A stretch of 64,000 nucleotides of DNA from Candidatus Bathyarchaeota archaeon (GCA_963715865.1 OY970280.1:1568001-1632000), one strand, 5' to 3'. Numbered from the stretch's first letter, positions 51,752 to 62,000 are shown. The notes: generated from the letters alone by a model not told the origin. Numbers and translations: made by a program.

Positions 51752-54256
51752 TTATGGCCGCTTCTTGAGCCATCAACATTAGCACGACAGCAATAGACTA
51801 TGATGATTATAGCGACTAGTGCCGGCGACGCAGGAACAAAGTACAGTTGGCGACAGAAGTACGGTGTAGATATGGTGATGCTGTTGGCGCTGGAGAACTG
51901 GCATAGAAATGTGTTTCGGCATTAGATCCATAGTATGACTGTGAACCTGCAAAGGTAGCGATGACAGTGTAATTGCCTGGAATGTCAGGCGTCCAAGTGG
52001 AAGCGAACGTTCCGCTGGAATCAGTTGTAGTAGTGCCGATTTGTCTGTTGTTGCCGTTAGAGTCGATAACGCTGAGTGTAACTGGAACACCAGTCACGTT
52101 TGTTGGCATTGGCTTCTGCATGTAAACGTACTCCATCCACTGACTCATGCTTGCATCAGATACGCTGGTAGACCGTTGGGAAATTCCGCTGATAGTTGTT
52201 GTTGATTGCCAGGAGATTTATCCAATACTGTGCCCGTTATAGTCACAGGTGTGGAAGTTGTCACGCCAAGGTTGGGTGCGGTAACAGTGGTAGCGCTTGG
52301 TCCCATGCCAAAGCAGTACTGGCGACCGTCATAATAGTTGGTGGCTATGAGGAGGCCGTCCGCTATAATTGGTTGCATATCATAGTTAGGTGACCAAAAC
52401 GCTATATTCCATATGGTCGCTCCTGTTGTTGCGTTGAGGCACCAGAGCTGGTCCCCCTGATAATAAGGAGGAGCCTCACTGTGCTCATTGTTGGAAGCGT
52501 AGACTTTGCCGTTGGCAACCATGATTTGCGAGAAGAAAGTTTCCCAACCGTATGGAGTCTCATAGCCGACGGGATTGTAGCCTCCCTTCCATTCTATTGC
52601 CCCTGTCGTAGCGTTAATTGCCCAGACGTATCCGGTGTAGGTCGGGTAGTAGACCATGCCGTAAGCTGCAGCTTTGGAGTAACTCCAGAAACTTCCCCAA
52701 GGATATGTGGTGACAGTGTCATTGAACAGAACAGCTCCGGTTAACAAATCTATCCCCGCTAATGGCCTCAATCCGTTGTTATTAGGATCCCCATTAAGCA
52801 GAGCATAGACGTACGTTCCTTCTTGTGTAATAACACCGCTGAGTGAGCTAAATGATCTTTCCGCAATGGTAAAATTATTGGTCCACAGTATTTGCCCTGT
52901 ATCAGTGTCAAAAGATCCAGAGGGAACAATGGGGGTTTCTAATATCGTCGTAGCTGCCCCGACGCCGAAATAAAACCCTACATTATTCCATATCCCAGTG
53001 ATGCCATTGAGCGGATAGGTTACGTTGTATACAATCCTGCTTGTGAAGTTGGCGCTGATACCGGATGCGTTCCATTTGATCAAATAATTCTGAGCAGTAG
53101 CACCACTTCCTATCGTCTGCACGCTGTAGACGTAGGGGGCAACGAAGGTACCCGACATGCCAGGCACATCGCAAATCAAAGTTCCCGTGTATGCACTCCA
53201 CTTTTGGAGCCTCGAGCCAATATTCATCAAATACGCATTGTAGGAATCGGTTGGGGAGCCAAAGCCAATTGTAACGTACTCTTCAGATGTAGCGACGGAC
53301 AAAGTAATGTTTTGATTAACCCATAGTTGTTGTCCAGTACGTAAGTCTATGCAATGGACCCCGTCAGGTGCACTGTAATAACCTAATCCGGCAATGGCGA
53401 TGGTTATAGTGTAGATAACGCTCGTGTACTGGTATCCTAGGACAAGTACTCCACCCTGGTAAGTAGCATCGCTCACGGGAACGCCACTGTATATACTGTC
53501 GTTATATGCCCCTCCGACCATGCCGCCTAAGCCCGATGTCCTCGCCCATAGTATGTGGGCAGAGTTTGGCGCTTGACCATATGGCTGATAGAAATCCCCG
53601 GTGCTATCGTAACCGACCTGACACCAGTCTCCCAAAAGCTGGCTCCATTCTCTGTTCTCGACTGAGATTGGGGTCTGCCAGTAAGCGGTTGGAAGTGGAG
53701 TTGGCTGGTAACCAGGAACCTGCGCCTCTGTTACGTTAAGATGCGTTATTGGGCTTTCGGAGCCCGTATAGTTAACTGCGTATGTTGTTTGAAATGCATA
53801 TGGATAGGGTGGTTTGGGTGATTTGTATGGGGTTCCTACCGGAAAGTAGTCTCCAGCGTAAAAGAACTGCAATGTCCAATTGCCAACAGCATCGGGCACG
53901 AAATTAAACCATGCCGAGCCATCTGCCTGTACCGTTGTCAACGGCCCAATTGTTTGAACGGTTCCGTCGGGATGTGTGATTTTAACAGTATAGCCAGTCC
54001 GAGGAACACCTGCCCAGTCCACAGGGGGTGTCACCCAAATGTTAACCAAGAGGCTCTGATTGACCCCTATAGGGTTAGGACTACAAGCAAGGTAGGCAAT
54101 GGTTGGTACGGTTTCGGCATGACCTTGCGCGTTAGCACTTGGTATTAGCATCGTTGAAGCTGTCATTGAAAGCATCAAGAATATTGCAATCGAAATAGCC
54201 ATAGTTTTACTTTTTAGTTTTTGCATTTTTTTTTCTTTTCCTATAATTTTATGCAA
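51752..54256 (-). pseudogene. Large secreted PQQ-type beta-propeller surface protein, copy A, with indels near the C-terminus
   Basis: Signal peptide, NPIGVNQ, DLRTGQQLW, NATTG..W repeats; -1 at ~52163 and garbled TM tail 51760-51860 ending KKRP*. Confidence 0.8.
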
Positions 54257-54289
54257 CAGATGTCGTTCAAAACTACTTATAAAGGGTCC

Positions 54290-54505
54290 CAGTAAGTCAA
54301 CCGACTACCAACTAACCGACAAAAAACAGAAAATTTTAAGAAAGCCAGCTGTGGAAGGCAAATATTTCCTAACCATCAAAATGTTGAAATGTACTGACGA
54401 AGACCAGGCCAAGCGGAATAAACTGGTCCCATAACGGCTTCCATTCTTTTAATATAGGGTATTTTTACGATTTCCTCATTAATTGCAATAACATCCTTAC
54501 AATCT
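54290..54505 (-). repeat. Duplicate of 57429-57644 (Lrp 3' end plus upstream control region)
   Basis: About 96% identical over 216 bp. Confidence 0.92.
54376..54505 (-). pseudogene. 3' remnant of a duplicated Lrp/AsnC gene
   Basis: DCKDVIAINEEIVKIPYIKRMEA...YSAWPGLRQYISTF* is nearly identical to the end of 57515-58495. Confidence 0.88.
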
Positions 54506-54525
54506 AAAATTGACTGTGAAGAAAG

Positions 54526-54637
54526 AGGGTTTGCTGAGGCTCTGGAACATTTCTTTTCTTTAGGAGAAAAAGAAAAATGCATAGCTTGCTAAAGGCTATT
54601 GTTTCTTGTAAATTCTAACCAGAGCCTTCTCAGCCCT
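54526..54637 (-). ncRNA. Candidate structured sRNA or repeat element, copy 2
   Basis: Same terminal stems as 51578-51684 with a diverged interior. Confidence 0.45.
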
Positions 54638-54709
54638 TCTCTCTTCTCCATTGCTTTTTAAGACTAAAACTAAAAAAGGGGAAAGTGATGTTTATGTTTG
54701 TCAACATTT

Positions 54710-57355
54710 TTATGGTCGCTTCCTAAGCATCAGCATAATCAAAGCGCCGACTATGGCTATTGCAATTATTATGGCGACTGTTGAAATGGCAAAGTATGTC
54801 TCTGTAGGTGGCAAATTAACTACTGGATATGGAGATGCTGTTGGCGGTGCTGCGCTTGCATAGAATGATGTGTCAGCGTGCGATGGATAGTATGACTCTG
54901 AACCAGCGAAGTTAGCGATGACAGTGAAGTCACCCGGTATGTCAGGTGTCCAAGTATAAGAGAACATGCCGTCTGCGTTACTTGTAGTGTTTCCGATTTG
55001 CCTATAGTTGCCGTTAGAGTCAAGAACACTAAGAGTAACAGGGACTCCGGTTGTGTTGGTTGGCATTGGCTGCTGCTCGTAAACTGCTTCCATGAATTGT
55101 GTTTGGCTTGCATCAGATACTGCTGGTAAACCGTTGGGGAAGTTTGCTGCAACTGCGTTTTGCTGTGAACCTGCAGAGATGTCGGTAACCGTTCCTTGAA
55201 TGACTATGGGTGATCCTACGGATGTAACAGGGTTAGGCGCTTCAACTGTTGTTTTGCTCGGTCCCATGCCGTAAGCGTATATCTGGTTGTCATAGGCATT
55301 GTCCCAAACCATAATGCCGTCAGCGACGGCGGGCCCATTGACTACGTTAAAGTTCAAAGTGCTCCAAATCAACTGTCCAGTGGTCGCGTTTAAGCAGTAT
55401 AGCTTGGCGCCTTTGTATACGGGCGCAGTGAAGTCGTGGCCTGACCGTATGTAAAGCTTTCCATCAGCAAGAATGTAACTCGTACCATAGGACCCCCCAA
55501 GGGGCTCCGTACCATAGGGAGTGTCGACCCCGCTGCTTCCAGCGTTCCAGCTCCAAATTAGAGCGCCTGTTTGGACATCATAGCAGTACACCTCTCCGCT
55601 GAAGCCCGGAAAGCTGTAAAAGTTGCCGTAGCCTATAACCCCCTTATAAGTAGCGCCAGCTTGGTCGCCATTGTAGTATCCCAAAGAACTGTTGCAGCCC
55701 TTAATTGGACCCCACAGCTTCTCTCCCGTCTTGAGGCTGTATCCACTCCAAGTCATCGACTGCTGTGCGTATTCAGTGTACACTCCTTCGCCCACAGGAC
55801 CCAGAACTACGTTGGTAAATGGTGTTAGCGTTCGGTTTACTGGACCCCACAGCAGATGCCCGTTAGTTTCGCTGTAACCTGCGTCAATTCGATAGCCCAC
55901 TTGAGATCCGCCTGGAGGCCCAACAGAAAATGCCCCTCCGCCTCCCATTGCAGCAGTAAGTATTACACCGTCGCTAATCCATAAAGTTGAAAGTATATCC
56001 TCTGATTGTATGGGTACGCCTGAAATGTTAGTGACTATGGGTACGCGCCATTCGTATCCACCGTTCCAGTCAATAGTACTTCCTTGAGGAGGCCGCCAAA
56101 TTTCCGCAGCAGAATAAACACTATACTTATTAATCGCCTGAGAGGCCACTGCGATACATTTGCTAGCGTTCCACAGACTCAACTGACCTCCGGATACCTT
56201 GTAGCTTAGCAGTTCACCGTTTGAACCCTCCACGAGCGTGCCCTCACTTACGTTGGCAATGTTCAGTATCCACTGTCCAGTCATAGCGTCATACATTGAC
56301 CACGTCGTAGGCGCTATGGGATTCGCTACCAATCCCTCTGACCCCCCCGTAAATAGGTACGAGTGGGCTCCGTACTGGTCTCCTGTTATGAAATTGTATA
56401 TCATACCGCATCTCAGCGTGGTATTAGCGTTCACAGTCCATAGCGTCTGTCCAGTCCGTAGATCTACAGCGGTCAGAGGTCCGAAGTTGTTTCCAGCCCC
56501 TGGGTATTCAGTGTAGTAAAGTATACCGCATATGATCACTGGATTCAATTGGGGTTGGTGCATCGTTCCCGATGCGAAGACGCTTGATGAATCGGAGCCG
56601 AATTCTCCTCCGATTTGGCCCCCGAAAGCTAGCGGCTTTGTCCACATGATGTGAGCGGTGGTTGGCGCGGTGGTGTACGGATCAAAGTTTCCAGTCTGAT
56701 CGTACACTCCAGAGGAGCCATGCGATGTTTTGGCAAGTCCGAGCCAGTTTCCGCCGATCGAATACCAATCTCTGTTCATTGAATTTATTGGGCGTGTCCA
56801 GTATCCCGTTGGAAGCGGAGACGGCGGGTAGGCGGTTGTTATCTGCGCCTGTTGCACGGTGAGTGTCACTAAGTTGCTGGTACTGGCTTCAAAAGTATCG
56901 TTAATATAGTTCAAACCAGAAGGACTAATTAAGGGATAGGGGTAGGGATTCTCGTTAGTTGGGGTTTGTTGAGGAAAGTGACCAACAAAAGTGTATTCGC
57001 CGACTTCTGTAGGCACGTATGTGCACCCTATCACTCCTCCTGTAGCGTCGGAACTGAACGGTCCTAAGGTTGTGGTTGTTCCGCCGGGCGTTGTGACTGC
57101 CACTGTCATATTATGCCATCTATAACCCCAATCGCTATACGCGCTTGGCGGAGCCTTATCAATCCAGAAGCTAACGTAGACGGATTGACTGACTCCTGCT
57201 GGGTTAGGTGCAAGTGTAATGAAAGCGTAGGTGGGAATAGTCCATGGAGGCGTATGCGCACTAGCAGTTGGTACTAGCATCATTGAAGCTGCCATTGAAA
57301 TTGTCATGAGTATAGCAATTGTAATAGCTGCAATTTTATTTTTGAGTTTTTTCAT
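54710..57355 (-). CDS. Large secreted PQQ-type beta-propeller surface protein, copy B (881 aa)
   Basis: Signal peptide MKKLKNK...TASA, NPAGVSQ, DLRTGQTLW, NATTGQLIW, C-terminal TM plus RKRP. Confidence 0.9.
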   Translation of the reverse strand: MKKLKNKIAAITIAILMTISMAASMMLVPTASAHTPPWTIPTYAFITLAPNPAGVSQSVYVSFWIDKAPPSAYSDWGYRWHNMTVAVTTPGGTTTTLGPFSSDATGGVIGCTYVPTEVGEYTFVGHFPQQTPTNENPYPYPLISPSGLNYINDTFEASTSNLVTLTVQQAQITTAYPPSPLPTGYWTRPINSMNRDWYSIGGNWLGLAKTSHGSSGVYDQTGNFDPYTTAPTTAHIMWTKPLAFGGQIGGEFGSDSSSVFASGTMHQPQLNPVIICGILYYTEYPGAGNNFGPLTAVDLRTGQTLWTVNANTTLRCGMIYNFITGDQYGAHSYLFTGGSEGLVANPIAPTTWSMYDAMTGQWILNIANVSEGTLVEGSNGELLSYKVSGGQLSLWNASKCIAVASQAINKYSVYSAAEIWRPPQGSTIDWNGGYEWRVPIVTNISGVPIQSEDILSTLWISDGVILTAAMGGGGAFSVGPPGGSQVGYRIDAGYSETNGHLLWGPVNRTLTPFTNVVLGPVGEGVYTEYAQQSMTWSGYSLKTGEKLWGPIKGCNSSLGYYNGDQAGATYKGVIGYGNFYSFPGFSGEVYCYDVQTGALIWSWNAGSSGVDTPYGTEPLGGSYGTSYILADGKLYIRSGHDFTAPVYKGAKLYCLNATTGQLIWSTLNFNVVNGPAVADGIMVWDNAYDNQIYAYGMGPSKTTVEAPNPVTSVGSPIVIQGTVTDISAGSQQNAVAANFPNGLPAVSDASQTQFMEAVYEQQPMPTNTTGVPVTLSVLDSNGNYRQIGNTTSNADGMFSYTWTPDIPGDFTVIANFAGSESYYPSHADTSFYASAAPPTASPYPVVNLPPTETYFAISTVAIIIAIAIVGALIMLMLRKRP

Positions 57356-57428
57356 GTATTTTTCTTTCCTTTAATTTTAGAGCGAAATCGCTCAAAGGTA
57401 CATTGCTCGAAATGCTTTTAAAATGTCA

Positions 57429-57644
57429 CAGTAAGTCATCCGACTACCAACTAACCGACAAGAAACAGAAAATTTTAGGAAAGTCAGCTGTGGAAGGCAA
57501 ATATTTCCTAACCATCAAAATGTTGAAATGTACTGACGAAGACCAGGCCAAGCGGAATAAACTTGTCTCATAGCTGCTTCCATTCTTTTAATATAGGGTA
57601 TTTTTACGATTTCCTCATTAATTGCAATAACATCCTTACAATCT
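57429..57644 (-). repeat. Source copy of the 216-bp duplication
   Basis: Matches 54290-54505. Confidence 0.92.
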
Positions 57645-58495
57645 TTCACTAAAGCCGTAACTAACAGGTCGTAGTTTCCACTTATTTTGACAAGATAGGC
57701 TACGCCAGGGATTATGGATAACTTATCCGCTACTTCTTTTGTTTTGCTTTGGTTTGCGAGTGCGATGTTAAGGTCTAGAATAGCTTGATAGCCCAATTCT
57801 AAAGGGTTAATTTGAATTGAAACCTTGATGAAATTATTTTTCCTAAGATTTTCGTATCTCCTAGTTACAGTGTCAGTTGAGGCGCCTATTTCTTGAGCAA
57901 TTTTACTGAAAGATAAGCGACCGTTTTTGGTTAGTTTTTCAACTATTTGCATATCGATTTCATCAATCTTTACTGAACTTTTCTGAGCGTCTACACCTGC
58001 CTGAGAACGTTTTCCATCGGCTTTCTCAGTTTTGTTTTCGAATGTACCTACCAAAATGTTTTCAGGTATGTTTCTTACGTCTGTCCAAAGAAACGTTTTG
58101 ATTTCATCTATTATGCTTTGTTTGCTTATGAGTTCTTTGACGCGTTCTAAATCTCTTAGACTTTTTAGATTACAAATTGCTACAAGACTATGTGTTGAAT
58201 TATAATAGCGAAAGCTAGTGATATCAGGAATTTTCTTAAGGCGCTCAAAAACATCAGTAACGTATTGTGATTCTACGCTGAGCATTATCATTGCTACTCC
58301 ACTGTAGCCAAAGTTTGGATAATTAAATTGAATCGTGGCGCCAACTATTATGCCGGCCTTCGTCATATCTTTGTAATGTTTCCAGATGATGTCTTTTGAT
58401 GTATGGCATTCTTCAGCTATAGTGGTAAAGCTTTTCCGTCCATCTTTGAGAAGTTCTTTGAGAATCTTTACGTCTATGTCCTTAAGGTCTTTCAT
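57515..58495 (-). CDS. Tandem (double) Lrp/AsnC transcriptional regulator
   Basis: Two HTH-AsnC modules: IDVKILKELLKDGRKSFTTIA and IDEIDMQIVEKLTKNGRLSFSKIA. Confidence 0.9.
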   Translation of the reverse strand: MKDLKDIDVKILKELLKDGRKSFTTIAEECHTSKDIIWKHYKDMTKAGIIVGATIQFNYPNFGYSGVAMIMLSVESQYVTDVFERLKKIPDITSFRYYNSTHSLVAICNLKSLRDLERVKELISKQSIIDEIKTFLWTDVRNIPENILVGTFENKTEKADGKRSQAGVDAQKSSVKIDEIDMQIVEKLTKNGRLSFSKIAQEIGASTDTVTRRYENLRKNNFIKVSIQINPLELGYQAILDLNIALANQSKTKEVADKLSIIPGVAYLVKISGNYDLLVTALVKDCKDVIAINEEIVKIPYIKRMEAAMRQVYSAWPGLRQYISTF

Positions 58496-58741
58496 GGCTA
58501 CCAATTCTGGCTTTAGTAGTAAATAAAGTAAACTCATAGTTTCCTTTTTATTTTTATGTTTCGCATAAAACGTTGCTTTTTGGAAATTTGTCGGAGGAGC
58601 TTTGGCTCTCCACCCATGTTTTTCGTATGTTTTCGCCTAAAAATGTTTTATCTTACGAATATTTTTGATTATAGTCTGATTTTTGAAAAAAACTTAAAAG
58701 CAAGTAAAAAATTTGAGTATGCCTCATTAGAGGAGAGAAAC

Positions 58742-59555
58742 TTGCTGCTACAAGAGGAAGGAGTTCAAACGCTAGTTAATTTAGGACTTACAGTTTTGCA
58801 AGCAAAAGTCTACATAGCCCTCGCCAAATTAGGCACCTCAACAGGAAGAACAACGGCTAAAGAAGCAGAAGTAGCTTCACAAGATGTTTACCGCGTACTC
58901 TCCGAACTCCAAGAAAAAGGCCTTGTTGAAAAAATAATAAATAAACCAAACAAATACAGACCCATCCAAATAGAAGAAGGCTTAACAATTCTACTTCAGC
59001 GAAGAAACAAGCAAACCATAGAAATTAAAAACATGATGACAGAAATATGCAAGAACTTTTCAAGTACCGATAAAAGCGAAGACGATAATGAAAAATGCCA
59101 ATTCGTTTTGGTCACACAGAAAGAAACAATTGCAAACAAGCTTACAAAAGCAGTTGAGACGGCTCAAACAAGTATTGATTTGATGAATGACTCCCGAGAA
59201 GCAATGATAATGCATGAAAAAATTCATGAGTTAAAGGATAAAGCCCTTAAGAAAGGCGTAAAAATCAGGACTATACTAAACAACCCCCCGGGGGGGGGGG
59301 CAGACATCAAAGTCATTTTTGGCTTTTCTGGAGAGGAAGCCTGAATTCCAGGTAAGATATCTTCGTCATTTTCCTTCATCAGCAAAGTTATTCATAAAAG
59401 ACAACAAAGAAGTGTTTATTTCGACTTCGAGGAATGTAAGTATGTTAGCGCAGCCTTACCTGTGGTCAAACAATCCAATTCTAGTACAAGTAATTCAACA
59501 GTGGTACGATATTATGTGGGAAAAGAGCAGTAGAGAATACCAAAGGGTGCAGTAG
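58742..59555 (+). pseudogene. TrmB-family regulator frameshifted at a C6G11 tract (59284-59300)
   Basis: LGLTVLQAKVYIAL...QDVYRVLSELQEKGLVEK; reading resumes as QTSKSFLAFLERKPEFQVRY...QPYLWSNNPIL if one G is removed. Confidence 0.8.
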
Positions 59556-59580
59556 AAATCTTCGAAAGTGGAGTTATAAG

Positions 59581-59680
59581 GCAATGTTTCTGGGCCAACA
59601 CCTACCGGGTTAGGGATATCACCAATGAAGGCAGGTTGCATTCGTTCTCTGCGCGTTAGCATTTGGCAAAAACACAAGAG
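59581..59680 (-). pseudogene. Degraded 5' fragment of a third beta-propeller surface gene
   Basis: VFLPNANAQRT then, in a shifted frame, AFIGDIPNPVGVGPETL; matches the ANAQ...NPIGVNQ and NPAGVSQ region of copies A and B. Confidence 0.5.
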
Positions 59681-59903
59681 ATGCACTCTAGACACCCTCA
59701 TCGCCACAGAATGGGACACCCTACGCGATTTGAAGAAGATGCTCAGCAACCTTGAGCTTTCAACAGGCGAGAAAAACCGCCTAGCCAACGCCTTGGTATA
59801 AACACTTTAATTTTGCAGTTCAATGTTAAAAAATTTAGTCATGGATGAACTTGAAGAGGGTCTACTTTTAGCAATAGAAAAATCGATTCAAAAAGTGAAG
59901 GGG

Positions 59904-60770
59904 TTAGGCTGCTTTTGGCTTGGCTTTGTCTACAGCGCCGCTTAAGCTGGTCATTTCCATGTTCGCTTTTCGGATCAGGTCGCCGATTGTTTCTTTGGTG
60001 GGTATTGCAGCGCCGACAGCTAATGCAACCGCCTTTTGGTGTGCATTCTGCAATAGTGGCTTGATTGTTTCTTTGGTTGGGTAAGAGATGCCAAGTGCTA
60101 AGGCGAAAGCTTCTTGGTTGCTTTGCTCAACGCTTTTCCTTGTTGCTTCAATGTCAACTTTAAGCTGGGCGCCAACAATCATTAAGCCGTTGTCCAAAAC
60201 AGCCCGCATCGACAAGCCTAGTTCAACCGCTTTAATGCCCAGTTTTGAGAGGACACCGGCAAGGCGCTCGTTGATTTCTTCACCCTTACGAACCACCAGT
60301 GTGTCTTTGCTGACCCAAACGCTGCCAGACTCAATCCTTGTGGGCAAGCCAACAGCATTTAATTGGCTAATGATTGGACCTGGGGCTTGACCCGTGTTGC
60401 CTGCTGGAACAACCACGTCGATGGCGGCAATATCGCCTGACTTGGCGGTTGTTCTTACTTTGCCGCGTTCCAACAACAGCGCCAGTTTAAACGGGTTTAA
60501 ATCTGTAAACAAGTAAACGTTTGATCCGTCCAAGTATTCCTCAAGCTTCTTTAGGTCTTCCTGATTCATCTCTTCAATGGCTAGCTTCATGAGCGTGTTC
60601 TTTAAAACTCTAAAGTAAACTTTGCCAACCATACTCTTTTTTAGTTCCTGCAGTTGCGAAGCACGAACCTTCTTCAGGCTAGCGATACCGATAGATTTGT
60701 ATCCTTTTAGTATGTCTTTTATTGCTTCTACTTCGCTTGACTTTTCCTCTAATACTTGTTGGGATGGCAT
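59904..60770 (-). CDS. rpl10: 50S ribosomal protein L10/P0
   Basis: VLKNTL, NPFKL, VPAGNTGQAPGP, LSKLGI. Confidence 0.95.
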   Translation of the reverse strand: MPSQQVLEEKSSEVEAIKDILKGYKSIGIASLKKVRASQLQELKKSMVGKVYFRVLKNTLMKLAIEEMNQEDLKKLEEYLDGSNVYLFTDLNPFKLALLLERGKVRTTAKSGDIAAIDVVVPAGNTGQAPGPIISQLNAVGLPTRIESGSVWVSKDTLVVRKGEEINERLAGVLSKLGIKAVELGLSMRAVLDNGLMIVGAQLKVDIEATRKSVEQSNQEAFALALGISYPTKETIKPLLQNAHQKAVALAVGAAIPTKETIGDLIRKANMEMTSLSGAVDKAKPKAA

Positions 60771-60784
60771 GATTTTTCTCTCTG

Positions 60785-61453
60785 TTAAGGTTTAATTTTT
60801 ACCGGCTCACCCATGGAAGTCTTGATGAAAGCGTACTTTACGTTTTTCAAGCCGCGCTTCAATTTTCCATCTAAAACACGAAGAACAGTCATAATATTAT
60901 CAACAAGTTCTTCATCCTTCATCTGTTGAGAGCCAACTGAAACTTGAATAATCGGTTGGTTACGCATTCTCACAACCACAGTCTTGCGGTGCTTATTTAT
61001 TAGGGCTGCAATGTCAGCGTTTGGCGGAACAGGAATAGGCATTTTTCCCCTTGGACCCAAAACTGGACCCAGAATTCTGCCTACAAGCGACATCAAGGGA
61101 GCTTCGGAAATGAAAATGTCATATTCGCTGGCAAGCTTGCGCAAATCCTTCTTTTTACCAGCTAACGCTTCCAAGTCAGCACGTTCAATAACGTAATCAG
61201 CTTGCGCGTTTCGTGCTTTAAACGCAAATTCTCCAGAAGCAATAACACAGATCTTGTTCGGTTTACCAGTTGCGTGAGGAAGCTCAACAACCTCTTGGAT
61301 TTTGCCTTCTGGCGCCTTCATATCGATCTCTGTAATATCCAAGATCAACTCTACTGTCTGGTTGAATTTTTTTTCGCCAGACTTCGCCTTTGCCTGTTTA
61401 ACTGCTTCTGATATTGTCTTGTTGTCTAGGGGCATTTTTAAGCCTCGTGCCAA
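60785..61453 (-). CDS. rpl1: 50S ribosomal protein L1
   Basis: FNQTVEL, LGPRGKMP, KTSMG. Confidence 0.95.
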   Translation of the reverse strand: MARGLKMPLDNKTISEAVKQAKAKSGEKKFNQTVELILDITEIDMKAPEGKIQEVVELPHATGKPNKICVIASGEFAFKARNAQADYVIERADLEALAGKKKDLRKLASEYDIFISEAPLMSLVGRILGPVLGPRGKMPIPVPPNADIAALINKHRKTVVVRMRNQPIIQVSVGSQQMKDEELVDNIMTVLRVLDGKLKRGLKNVKYAFIKTSMGEPVKIKP

Positions 61454-61493
61454 TGAGGGATTGGAAACCCATTATAAAAATATTCGCTTATCA

Positions 61494-61982
61494 TTATTCG
61501 CTACCGAATAGTTGTTCGTAGTTGCCAGCATCAATTTCCTTTTGCACTTCTCGCGGGTCTTTACCTTCAACCGTAACTCCTAAACTCACGCAGGTTCCAA
61601 GCATCTCTTTCGTTGCCTTCTTGAGGGTTGGCGCTAAAAGTTCATGCCGCTTAATTTTCGCGATTCGCACCATCTGCTCCATAGACAAGTTGCCTACTTT
61701 AACAGTGTTAGGTGTTCCTGAACCCTTTTCAATTTTCAACTCTGCAACGATTAATGCGGAAGCGGTTGGAGTGCCAACGGATACGTCGAAGGTTTTGTCC
61801 TCAGTATCAACGCTGATTTTCACTGGAACCTTCATTCCAGCATAGTCTTTTGTAAGCTCGTTAATCTTGTTGACGACAGCCATGATGTTGAGGCCTAATG
61901 GACCAAGAGCAGGACCTAACGGTGGACCTGCATTGGCTTGCCCGCCATTTACGAGCAATTCTACAACTTTTTTCTCGCTCAT
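61494..61982 (-). CDS. rpl11: 50S ribosomal protein L11
   Basis: [26 protein letters not shown]. Confidence 0.96.
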   Translation of the reverse strand: MSEKKVVELLVNGGQANAGPPLGPALGPLGLNIMAVVNKINELTKDYAGMKVPVKISVDTEDKTFDVSVGTPTASALIVAELKIEKGSGTPNTVKVGNLSMEQMVRIAKIKRHELLAPTLKKATKEMLGTCVSLGVTVEGKDPREVQKEIDAGNYEQLFGSE

Positions 61983-62000
61983 TTTTCTGTTTCACCAGTT

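Noticed and set aside
51752-57355. Diversity-generating retroelement or invertase-driven shuffling of the propeller genes
   Set aside because: No reverse transcriptase, no TR/VR pair with A-specific mismatches, and no recombinase in the cassette
59495-59788. 97-aa minus-strand ORF as an intact gene
   Set aside because: Composite of a propeller 5' relic and antisense sequence that overlaps the TrmB end
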